A stretch of 64,000 bases of DNA from Chiloscyllium plagiosum (lineage: Eukaryota), in NCBI RefSeq assembly GCF_004010195.1, contig NC_057759.1:1869069-1933068 (forward strand), read 5' to 3'. Numbering within the stretch: position 1 is the stretch's first letter; every line of letters begins with the position of its first letter. The notes under the pieces were generated by a model, which was not told where the DNA came from, did not search any database, and saw only the letters and a program-made list of their open reading frames with translations. Both the position numbers and the translations under genes were made by a program. Shown in pieces: positions 52,706 to 64,000 of this stretch.

Positions 52706-54140
52706 CCAGGTGTTCTTCCTCCAGGCTTCAGGTGGTTATGTTAATGTACAGATTTGAGACAGCCCAGGGAATCCCTTGTGGACTTCGACCTGTAAAGCCT
52801 GTCTTTTGGTTCATCCTGGAGATCGTACTCTTTGGAAGTCTGGAATAAAAACTTCTTATGCACAGTTTAGTTTAATTTTAGTCATCCCCTTTATTCAATA
52901 ATAGCATCACTGTTACAACATAACACTGATACCTATAAGCTAAACTAACGAGTTCTAATAACCTAGGAGAGTGGGGTACCATCTCTTCAAGTGCCCCAGC
53001 AGGCTATTCCAATGTACTGTCACAAAGTGTCTGCTTTTATACAAAAGTTTACAAAAACATTGCAGTTCTTAATTAGACAGATAACAGTGCAAGACAATAA
53101 TTCGTAAGAAAGTAAAATTAATTGACAGATGTGTGTGTGCTTGACTGATCACTCCTACAGGCCTTGAACTATCCATCAGATAGGAAAAACATACCTAGCT
53201 GAGTTAAACATCTGCTCGTGAAATAAGTCCCTATAAAGAAGTACCAGTCTAAATTAAGTGGGAGATGTCATAAGGTAACCTTGTACAGCTCACATGTCTG
53301 ATATCATTGTTTTACAAAATGGCTTCTTAGCAAAGAAGGCAAATTTTTGACCATAAAATGGCTTCCTGACAGATTGTGTCAGAATCTCTTCAATGTTAGG
53401 TTTAGAATAATTTTAAGCTAGGAGCAGATTCCTGCTTTATATCTTAAGCACAGAATCATTCTGTACCTGAGGCTGAAATGTTACTGCAAGGTTGTATTTA
53501 AAATGAATAATTAGTCTCGAATTAACACTCTTTGCAAGATTGTGATTCAAATTCAAATAAGACATAAGATCTGACTAGTTAAAATTGATATTTGGGGCAG
53601 TCTGTAAGATCTGTAGAGTGGTGTGCAAGAACAGCAAGTTAGTTAAAGCTTCATTAATATTACCACTTGCAGAGTTTGTATTTAATAACTGGTAATGTCT
53701 ACTCAATAGCATCATAGAGACCCAAAATGCAGTTAAATTCAATCCATAGCAGATAAGCACTAAGTATTAATTTTCTACAGGCTCCAATAGCCTCAGCACT
53801 AAAATGGCCTCTCCCTCTCGTGTCCTTTTGAACTCTCAAGTCAGCAAAGATTTTTTTCTCTCTGTCTGCCCGCTTGCAAGGGTTAATAAGAATCCATTCT
53901 AATTGGCAGCATCCTGCCGTTAATTACAAATCTTTTGATAGTACCGAGTTCCGTTTCAGGGTCAGAATCAAACACTCTCATTAATTTCACAAGGGAACGG
54001 CTGTGAATGTTATCACTTGGTGTCCTGTTCACACAGATTCACCGATGCAAATGTTCTTAATTGCCTTACAGCATCCTGTTATCATTTGATGAGCCCAGAT
54101 GTTGCTATCTTCTGCATTCCTTGAGATCCCCCCCTTTTTC
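52706..54140 (-). mobile_element. Putative ERV 3' LTR / U3 region
   Basis: Lies downstream of env. Reverse-complement TATAAAAG at about 53035, AATAAA at about 52890, and a PPT-like aaaaaggggggg at about 54128-54139. Boundaries not defined. Confidence 0.4.
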
Positions 54141-54208
54141 TGAGCCTTCCTGCCTGTCTATTTTCTAGTGCAGTAAATGTGTTCTATAATTCAGCATTAT
54201 ATTTTAGT

Positions 54209-55421
54209 TCAAAGTTTGTGAGAAGATTTGTAGCTCGGATGCTCGTTGCTGTGGTTCGGTTCGTCGAGCTGGAAGTTTTTGTTGCAAATGTTTCGTCCCC
54301 TGTCTAGGTGACATCCTCAGTGCTTGGGAACCTCCTGTGAAGCGCTTCTGTGGTGTTTCCTCCGGCATTTATAGTGGTCTGTCCCTGCCGCTTCCGGTTG
54401 TCAGTTTCAGCTGTGCGCTGTCGTGGTCGGATCATCAACACACCGGATCATCAACTCCACACTCACAGGAATCCGATTCACTAGAGAGGAAGAAAAGGAC
54501 AACCAACTCCCATTCCTAGACGTGAGGGTACAGAGAACACCAAACGGAGAATTCACCACAAAGGTACACAGGAAAGCCACACACACAGACCAAGTCCTGA
54601 ACTATGAAAGCAACCACCCCAATACACACAAACAAAGTTGCATCAAGACACCATTCAAAAGGACCACAACACACTGCAGCACACCAGAACTGCAAAAACA
54701 GGAAGAGGAACACCTATACAAGGTATTCGCCAAAAACAGATATCCTCGCAATTTCATCAACAGATGCCTAAGGGAAAGACAACGGAACAAGGACATGCCG
54801 CAACCCAAAGGACGAGCCACACTACCATACATCAAGAACATCTCTGAAATGACAGCCAGACTACTGCGACCACTGGACTTATAACAGCACACAAACCAAC
54901 AGCCACACTCAGACAACAAGTCACCAGAACGAAGGACTCGATACCCAGTATGAGCAAAACTAATGTAGTGTACAAAATCCCATGCAAGGACTGCACAAAA
55001 CACTATATAGGACAAACAGGAAGACAGCTAACGATCCGCATCCACGAACATCAACTAGCCACGAAACGACACGACCAGCTATCCCTAGTTGCCACACACG
55101 CAGACGACAAGCAACATGAATTTGACTGGGACAACACTTCCATTATAGGACAAGCCAAACAAAGAACAGCCAGGGAATTCCTAGAAGCATGGCACTCATC
55201 CACAAACTCCATCAACAAACACATCGACTTGGACCCAATATACCGGCCACTACAGCGGACAGCTGAAACTGACAACTGGAAGCGGCAGGGACAGGCCACT
55301 ATAAATGCCGGAGGAAACACCATAGAAGCGCTTCACAGGAGGTTCCCAAGCACTAAGGATGTCACCTAGACAGGGGACAAAATGTTTGCAACAAAAACTT
55401 CCAGCTCGGCGAACAGAACCA
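54209..55421 (+). mobile_element. Penelope-like element, Poseidon clade, 5'-truncated, with inverted pseudo-LTR
   Basis: LPFLDV...HRKATHTD, TLPYI, NVVYKIPCKDC..YIGQTGR...REFLEAWHS. About 54248-54421 is an inverted copy of about 55252-55426. Duplication cagcattatattttagt at 54192-54208 and 55422-55438. Confidence 0.93.
54284..54323 (-). ncRNA. Hammerhead ribozyme motif in Poseidon pLTR
   Basis: Reverse complement gca CTGAGGA t GTCACCT agac AGGGGAC GAAAC ATT tgc. The plus-strand copy at about 55350-55390 is mutated in the core. Confidence 0.6.
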
Positions 55422-55574
55422 CAGCATTATATTTTAGTCTAAATGTTTAAAGACAGGCGTTAAGGCTATAGACTTTCTCATTCCCTTGTTTTGATATTTC
55501 ATGACAACTACTTGGCTTATACAAGAATACTTAGTCCATTCAGTCAGTTGGTATTCTTAATAAGTCAAGTGCCT

Positions 55575-57037
55575 CCTCTGGCGAGTCATCGTATGGCGGA
55601 GCAGAGCTGAAAAATACTGGATTTCAGCATGGAAGTTCAGACTTGGAGGTAGAGGGGGAGACATGGGTCAATTAATCAGATTCCTCTTTGGCTTAGGTGA
55701 AAAGCAATGTACGGTCCATTTCATGCATAAGTGGACGACAATGTATATTCCTAGGATGAGACCAAGGATTATCAGTACGTCCCACAGGATCCATCCGTAC
55801 AGCGACCATAGCCAGCAAGTAAAACTCCATCCACGTAAATTGGATGACTGTGGGGCAGGTACCTTCCCTGCGTCTTAACCTGTTTTGTTGATAACATCTG
55901 TATCATCCAAAATGTCTTTCAAGAAATCATCGATGGAGGTGCAACATTGCGGGCCAATGACTGAACAAATGTCTCCTCCTTTAGCAAGGGGGAAATCTAG
56001 CGCTAGTTGATTCTGAAGCATCATCATCTGAGTCTCTTGTAACTCTTTGTTCACCAGTTTCAAAGCATGGGCAGTCGAGTTAGCAGGTGTTTTGATATCC
56101 TGCGCAAGATCACTTATCTAATCTAGGGCCATCTCAATATCCCAGCCAGGAATAAGGCCTCCCAGCAACCTGGACCACCAGGTTTGTTGATGAAAGACAT
56201 TCTGTAAATCCCGTTTTGTTTTTCCTCTACTTGCTGTTTCATACTGATTCACCTGCTGGTGGGTGTTCCATTCATCATCTACTTCAGGCATCTCACGGTG
56301 GAGGGGGGGGGGTGAAAAGTGGTGAGGACATTAGAATGATGGAAAAGTGAGCAGATAACACATGGGTCAGGGGGCTTAGCTTGAATAAAGAAACCATTAG
56401 TAACAGGAGGAGGTTTGGGAGTGCATAGTATTTTTGGTCTTTCTTCATCTTTCCAGCTTGTCTTGTTAATTACTGTAGCTACTGAATACAGGAAACTTAT
56501 AAAGGTATTTCTGTCGGTGGCAGTAGGTTGGATAGGATAGGATTCCGTCAAGAAGGTATAAGTGATCAGTCTCATGGCAGTAGGTGCCTTAGGGTTTGGT
56601 GATTTGTGTACTATGTGCTCAATACTGCAATCTGTACGGTTCATTTTGAAAAGGGAACAGACGAGCATCTCAAGGTAGCAATTTTCAGTTGACAGAATGG
56701 ACGAGGTTATGGAATTGTGCCATCTCACAATGACTGGCATAGAAGTGTTGCAAGGATGACAATAAGGTCGAGAGTCATGTTTGGATATGCAATGTGAGTA
56801 GTTTAAATGAGTTTCAGCTGGGCAGCTGCATTCATAACTTCCAATGGTATTAGTACAGGTATCATACATACAGACACATTGGAGTTTTAGCTGGTCTGAG
56901 TTATCACAGAAGGGTTGGTTACATTTGTGCACATGTACTTGGGTTGGGCTTTCATCGAATGCCTGTATCAGTACTAACACTAGAACTGTGAGGGGGCTAC
57001 AAGCTTGCAATGGCCTTTGTAGACCCATGTTGAGCAT
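55575..57037 (-). pseudogene. env: Retroviral env (gamma-type TM) with N-terminal EGF-like motif, disrupted
   Basis: Hydrophobic [19 protein letters not shown], furin-like RGKTKR (56211-56228), ISD LQNQLALD, CSVIGPQCC (CX6CC, 55941-55967), anchor WDVLIILGLILGIYIVVHL. Frameshift in the poly-C run at about 56303-56312 and stops in TM. Confidence 0.9.
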
Positions 57038-57129
57038 CCTTCTACCTTTACTGCAGTTTCAGTTGTTAGAAGAACTTGATAAGGACTTTTCCAGGGGGTC
57101 CCAATTTTCCATAATTAAAGTCTTTCAAT

Positions 57130-58790
57130 AGTATGTAGTCACCAGGGTTAATGTCTTTACACATTGGAACTCTTTCTTCTTTCTTCCCTGATATCCGATA
57201 AGCTTATTTGACCTGTTGATGATAAGATTGCAGTGCTTTGGTTAGCTTAATCAGGTACCTGTGCATCTATTCTGCCATGAAAGCACATCAACAATGTGTT
57301 GGGCAGTTAATGGTGCAGACCAGGGAGTCCTCGGGGGCTTTCCATATATTAGTTCAGCCACCGAGAATCCTGTCTTTTTCTGTGTCATGGATCTCATATT
57401 AAAAAGGGTGATTGGAAGTACTTGCAGCCAATTTAAGGCCTGCTTCTTCTACCAATTTGCTTAGCTGACCTTTTAGGGTACCATTGGCTCTTTCTACAAT
57501 TCCCCCTGCTTTGGGATGGTTGGCACAATGGAATTTTTCATTCATATTCAAGCTCTTACATAGTTCCTTGTTTAGCTCCACACAGAAGTGGGGGCCATTA
57601 TCAGAAGAGACCGTTACTGGTATTCCAAATCTGGGTATGATTTCCCTTAACAGAATTTTACAAGTCGTTGTTGCTGTGCAGTCAGTACAGGGATAAGCTT
57701 CAATCCGTTACTAAATACATCGATTATCACTAAGCAATACTTATAACCATGACATCTAGGTAACTATAAAATCTAACTGGATAATATCAAAAGGTTCACT
57801 TAGCAAGGGAGTTTCATCTGGTGGATACTTTATTCCTTTCCCGGGATTATACTTTTGACGAATTAGGCAATTTGCAGTTGCTTGTTTTGCTTTTTCTTGC
57901 AGGTGGGAATTCCACCAAGTTTGGAGAATTCTGTCCACCTACATACACATGCGTATGAACATAATCAACTAGAATAGGCAAAAGTGAGTCGGGCAGATGT
58001 ATCTGTCTTACCAGCGTAACCCAAAACTTCTTATAACTACTTACATAACAACCATGGTTCATCTATTTTCGTCTTTCCTCATCAGAGGCGTCCCCCGATG
58101 GATCCGTATTTGCTCTCTTTCAGGCATGGTCAGGGTGTCAGAAGAGGAAATAGGAGATTCTCTCTTTGGTTTCCTATTCGTCATTTGAGTAACCATGTCT
58201 TTTTGCTCAAGAGCTGCTTTCTTAACAATTCTGCTGATGCAGCTGCTGCTTTTAATGACATCGGAAGTATCAGAAGAGTGAGCAGAATGTTTGATAATTG
58301 CCAATTGAGGGGGAAATTGAACAGCAATGAGGAGATTAGCATCACAGGCAACATTAAGGGTTGGGATTCCTGATGAGCTAAGGAAGCCGCGCTGTTGCCA
58401 ATGTTGAACAAAATTATAGCGCATCTAAAGGCGTAATGGGAATCAGTATAGATATTAGCTGACTTTCATTTAGCAAGTATACAGGCACAGGTGAGAGTAA
58501 GGAGTTCAGCTTGCTGGGCGGAACAGGATGGGTCAGCCGAGTAACCTTTTAGTGTCTGGGAAAAAGTGACAATCGCATATTCTGACATACGTTTGCCCTC
58601 TGGAGAGACAGAAAAAGAACCACCGACATAAAGTGTAAGGTCTGGGTTAACTAGAGCCTGATCGATAAGATCTGGATGTGGTTTAGTAACAAGTTAATTT
58701 ATGAGAACACAATCATGGGGAGGATCAGGCAGTTCAAGACATTCTTCCTGTAGGAATGTAACCGGGTTAATGTGAGAGCAGTATTTAAGG
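57130..58790 (-). pseudogene. pol: Retroviral pol 3' part (RNase H and integrase), epsilon/gamma-like
   Basis: INPVTFL..PHDC...LYVGGS, SAQQAEL, NIYTDSHYAF, WQQRGFL, PFDIIQLDFI, IIPRFGIP..VSSDNGPHF, HPKAGGIVERANGTLK. Confidence 0.93.
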
Positions 58791-58910
58791 AGAGAAGCAG
58801 ATTCTGAGTGGAGGACGTTTAGAGGTAAGCGAGGATATTGCAGAATGGGAGGTACAGACTTCTACATTTTGATGCAAAGTTATATTAGAGGCAGCCAATC
58901 CCACAGTATG

Positions 58911-61900
58911 GAACCATCCACTACTTTGTTGTTCAAAAATCAGATGAACTCAGCCTTGAATATATTCAATGGCCCCCTAACTGCAGGAAGACATCCCCAC
59001 TTCTGAACTCCATTCCTCAATATCACTTGCCAATCTCATTGCTTGCTGCACCTGTTTGACAACTGACATTGACTGGTGTAGAAGGACACAGAGGCGCCTT
59101 TGCACATCCACACGTCATTCCTGACGAAAGGCTCAAGCCCGATACATCATTTCTCCTGTCCTTAGATGTTGCCTGACCTACTGTGCTTTTCCAGCGCCAA
59201 ACTTTCTGACTCTAATCTCCAGCATCTGCAGTCCTCACTTTCTCCACATCCCAATATATCACCATTTAAACTATACACCTCTTTTCTGCTTTTTATTTTT
59301 GCAGCAAAGGCTATAACTTCATACTATGGTCCTGCATTTGTCATGTGTTTGCCAATTGAGACCCAGACCTGGATGACTTTTCCAGAGTCTGTCCCCTCCC
59401 TGAATTCACTCCCTTTCCTTTCAGTTCCTGCAAGTCAACAAATGAATCCCAGAATGAAACAAAGAAATGGAAAACAGGGTGAGAAAAGAGAGTGCTGTAC
59501 ACACAGATGTTGAACAGAGGAAGGAAGTTGCAGTCTGGGGTGAAACCCAATCTTCATTCAGAGAGAGGAGCAGCACCTTCCGAAGCTCATGGTCCAATGT
59601 CTGCATTCAGACAAAAGGAGGGTTGTGACTGGCAGGAGGACCACACTCATTCCGGTTGTCCAGGGCTCCTCATTGGTCCATTAAAAAATGTCGCAGGCCG
59701 TTTCTGCGGTGAGCGAGGAGCATGCGCATTATTTTGCTGACACCGGTGAACATTCACAGTGCTTGCTGACTCCAAGGAACATGCGCAGTATGCAGTGCAA
59801 AGATGCTAGTGTTACTGACAAATTTAAAGTGCCTAAATGCCAATTGTTTAAAAAAGGTTTGCAGTCACTATTTTCATTCCCTACTGTGGCTCGATATTTT
59901 ATTTTATTCTGTTTACATTTTGTCCGAGTGCTCAACCTTTGTCTGTGTTTTCCCCAGGGTAGCATACTGTCCAAATCTAATGGGGCATAGCTTTAGGGTG
60001 AGAGGGTGAAGATTTAAAAGGGACTTGAGGGGTAACCTTTTCATGCAAAGGGTGGTGTGTGAATTGAATGAGCTGCCCGAGAAACTGGTAGAAGCTGCTA
60101 CAATGATAACATTTAAGAGGCATCTGGATGGGTATATGAATGGGAAGAGGTGAGTGGGATATGGACCAAATGCTGGCAAATAGGTCACTATATTAATTTA
60201 GGATATCTTGTCAGTGTGGATCAAAAGGTTTGTTTCAACGCTCCATAAATCCATGGCTCGATTTCTACATAGTCGGGACCAATTGCACAAGACTTGGAAT
60301 AGACCATCCACCCCTTCCAGCCTGTCCTTAGCTGTGGCCTAACTGTGCATATTTCAAGCAATTTTGTCAAAGAATTCTTAAGCTTTTTTTTAAAAAAAGA
60401 ACATGCTTTCAGACTTTTATGATGTTTCTAAAGATATAATTTTAGCTATTCTCAATTTTAAAGGCCAGCCATTTCTCATGCACTCACATCTCCCAGATAG
60501 AGTCATCACCATCCATTCTCCCTGTGTTCTTGAAGGGCTTGATTCAGTGATCAAAGAGGACTTGAGGCATGAGAAAGGATGGGAGTGGGAAGGGAGAGAG
60601 AGACTAGATGGGGGGCGCAGAGGGTGTGGGGAGACAGAGAAAATGGACAGAGGGATAGAGGGTCGGGCTGAAGAGAGACTGGGGACAACAGGGTGGGGGA
60701 AAGAGAAGGGATGGTGGTGCGTACGAGAATGGGGGAGAGAGAAAGACAGAACGGCAACAGAGGGTTTGGAGTGAGACAGAGTGGGGGGGTATGAGTGTGG
60801 GAGAGAGAGAATGGGTGGGAGGGTAGGTGGGAGTGGAGAGAATGGACAGGGGGACAGAGGGTGGAGGGAGAGACAGCACAAATCCCATCTTCGCCAGGAC
60901 TGATGTCAAGTGTCCTACGAATTGGAACCCATTCCTCCACAACAAACGAACTTCTGAACAGCACCAAACATAGACCCACCCCACTTACCCTACAGCCCTG
61001 CAGTTCCCCATTGCTAATACACCAAAACCTGCACATGTCTGGACACTTTAGCATGGCCAATCCACCCTGAACTGCAAATTTTTGAACTGTGGGAAGAAAC
61101 CTGAGCATCCAGAGGTAACTCACACAGACACAAGGTGGAGAACGTGCCATAGTCCACAGACAGTCCCCTGAGGGTGGAATCGAACCTGGGTCCCTGGGGT
61201 CATGAGGCAGTGGTACTAACCGCTGAGCCATGCCACCCAGAGCTTTGAGGTTCTGCTTTGTCTTTGTAGCTTCTAACTTCTCGTGAGCCTACAGCAGAGG
61301 ATCTCTCCTCCCGACATTGTTGAATCATACCCGCTGCAACCTCCCTTTCCCACTTCTGTTCCTGAATCGTCCTGCCAGACAGACACTGATGCCATCTGGC
61401 CTCCTGCTGCCAGTTGCAGAGAACGGAGACAATGCCTGTCACTATTCTGTCCATTACCACCACCTCCCACTCCCCAGCGTTGTCATTACTGTCACCAACC
61501 ACCACCCAGCCAGTTCATTCCTCCAGCCAGCAGCCCTCTCTCAGATCTCCTTTACCTGTCTGACTCGCACTCGCACTCTCCTGACCCTGTCCACTGACCC
61601 AATTGGAAGACTATCTGGAGGGGAAGACCATTTCCAGGAATAAAGTGTCCGGTTAACTTTACCCATTTCCTCCAACATGTCTGGAGCCTGGCTTCTAGCT
61701 CTATCTCTCTGAGCCGAAGGTCCTCCAACATGCGTTTGCCCTGGAAAACAGCATCCAGATCCTCCCAGCAAATTGAAAGACAAGTCCCACCCAACCTTCT
61801 CCAATGTGTGTTTTGTAACTGCTTAATTATTTCTCGTGAATGAGCAGAGACTGATAGCCAAGTTCGGTATTCATGAGGATAGCCTCAACTGGGACCTTGG

Positions 61901-64000
61901 GTTTACATCCACTGTACTGTACACTCTCACATAAGCACATATACACACACTCATGCAGACACTCTTTCTCATACACTTGCTCTCTCCCAGAAACACAGAC
62001 ATACTCTCCCCACACACACACCCTCTCAAAGGCTTTTTCTCCATCACACATTTTACCAAGCATGCACGCACACTCACGTGCACACACACATGTGCACACG
62101 CAAACAGTCTCTGATGGACGCACAAACACATACAAGTCTTTCGGGTGAATTTTCATTTGTGAAATTACTTTTGCAGATACATTCTATTGTGCACTTTTTG
62201 AGCAAAATCTGCAGGCAGTCAGTCCATATAATATTTTATAAATTCCTACTTTGGAAATTAGAACCAGTCTCACTCAAGATTGGGATATAGACAGACTCTA
62301 ACCTCAACTTTCATGCATTTTCTGAGCTGAGATGTTAACTTCCGGTTTTAAAAAATGAGGTATGTCAAGAATATTACTTGAAGGAAGCTCTGGGATTAAT
62401 ATATTAAATGAACCAAAACCTGCAACTCATTCTAAAAGATGAAAGACTTACCATATAATGAACAAACCTAGAATACTGTTATCAGTTGCATGACACTAAT
62501 CTTTTGCTATAAATTCTGCTTCTCGTGATCCTGCTCCATAGCTACCCGATGAAGGAGCAGTGATCCAAGAGATGGTGCTTCCAAATAAACCTGTTGGACT
62601 ATAACCTGGTGTTGTGTGATTTTTAACTTTGTACACCCCAGTCCAACATTATGTGTCCACATAATTTCCAGTGAACACAGCTCACACCTCCCCCGGTGCT
62701 GCTAGTAAACTTTACAATGACAATAAAGCAATGGAGTATGCACTCCTGAAAAAAATTACAATTTCTGATGATACTAACTACTCATTCACTGCTTCTTCTG
62801 ATACATGACAGCAGAAACTTAGTGCTGGAGGCTGAAAGAAACGAGCAGCTTTGAAACAAAAGCCTGCAAGATTGCATAGATTTCAAGGTCCGAGTACGAC
62901 GGAAAGTTCAAGTAACCTTTATTGCGACCCAGCTTTGTCACTGCTTCAGATCTCCCCAACAAAAAGGTGTGCAAAATGTAGCTGTTTTTTTAAAAATGGC
63001 TCAAGATCAAAGCGCACACACTACCCACCCACCATCTGAGATGGTGAGCGGGCTGTCCCCAGTGTGGACCCGCTTGTTCATCCGCGGGCCGGAGGAATCG
63101 ATTAATCCCTTCCCGTGCTCGGGCAGGTGAATGGCTTCTCTCCCGTGTGGACCCACTGGTGTGTCCGCAAGTTACTAACATGACTGAATGCCTTCCTGCA
63201 TTCGGGACAAGTGAATGGCCGCTCCCCGGTGTGGACCCGCTGATGCATCTGCAGGTCACCCAACTGACTGAATCCCTTCCCGCACTCTGAGCAGGTGAAA
63301 GGCTTCTCTTGTGTGTGGACCCGCTGGTGGGTCAGCAGTGTAGATGACTCAGTGAACCTCCCTCCCGCACACGGGGCACGTCAATGGCTTTTCTCCCACG
63401 TGAACCCGCTGGTGCCTTTGCAGATGTCCCATCTGACTGAATCTCTTCCTGCACACTGAGCAGATGGAAGGCTTCTCCCCGGTGCGGACCTGCTGGTGGA
63501 TCAGGAGTTTAGATGACTCAGTGAACCCCTTCCCACATACTGGGCACATGAACGGCTTCTCTCCCGTGTGGATCCACTGGTGTGTCTGCAGATGGCCCAC
63601 ACTCTGAGCAGGTGAATGGCCTCTCCCCAGTGTGGATCCGCTAGTGGATCAGCAGTGCAGATGAATAAGCGAACCCTTTCCCACGAACCAAGCACGTATA
63701 TGGCCTCTCTCCGGTGTGGACCTGCTGGTGAGTCCGCAGTTTGGAAGAATTCACAAAACCCTTCCCGCACTGAGAGCGGGTGAATGGCCTCTCCCTGGTG
63801 TGGACACTTATGGATCAGTAGTGCAGATGATTGAGCAAATGCCTTCCCACACATGGGGCAAGTGAACAGCATCTCTCCTGTGTGGACCCACTGGTGCTTC
63901 TGCAGATGACCCATCTGACTGAATGCCCGCCCACACACAGAGCAAGTGAAGTTCTCTCCTCAGTGTGAATGTGTCTGTGGGTTTCCTGCACTGATGGGGA
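58911..64000 (-). repeat. Right arm of inverted segmental duplication 2 (continues past the window end)
   Basis: Reverse-complement collinear with 39812-44673. Confidence 0.95.
63050..64000 (-). pseudogene. C2H2 zinc-finger array, paralog of 39440-40770, frameshifted, partial
   Basis: [41 protein letters not shown] and similar fingers split across frames. Confidence 0.9.

Noticed and set aside
60403..61231. Pro/Ser/Leu-rich ORFs up to 226 aa (mirror 42767-43180)
   Set aside because: Low-complexity purine/pyrimidine tract plus SINE, and the frame is not conserved between the duplicated arms.

Overview
Eukaryotic, repeat-dense vertebrate DNA, most likely elasmobranch (HE1-type SINEs, shark-type histone H1, CR1, Penelope and Rex1 retroelements), with five N-gaps. 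The only clearly intact protein gene is a replication-dependent histone H1 (21289-21969, minus). There are also two differently broken histone H3 pseudogenes, two frame-disrupted C2H2 zinc-finger arrays, three copies of a CpG promoter/first exon, and fragments of an epsilon/gamma-like endogenous retrovirus (gag, pol, env). The window is built from two large inverted segmental duplications (about 1-9.5 kb vs 14.8-20.9 kb; about 39.8-44.7 kb vs 58.9-64 kb) and an older direct paralog (about 27.9-33.6 kb). The most striking observations are a retroviral env whose N-terminus carries a calcium-binding-EGF-type motif, many minimal hammerhead-ribozyme motifs in Penelope-derived fold-back elements, and a CR1 LINE with a twin-priming-type 5' inversion. 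TE boundaries and identity estimates were made by eye and are approximate.
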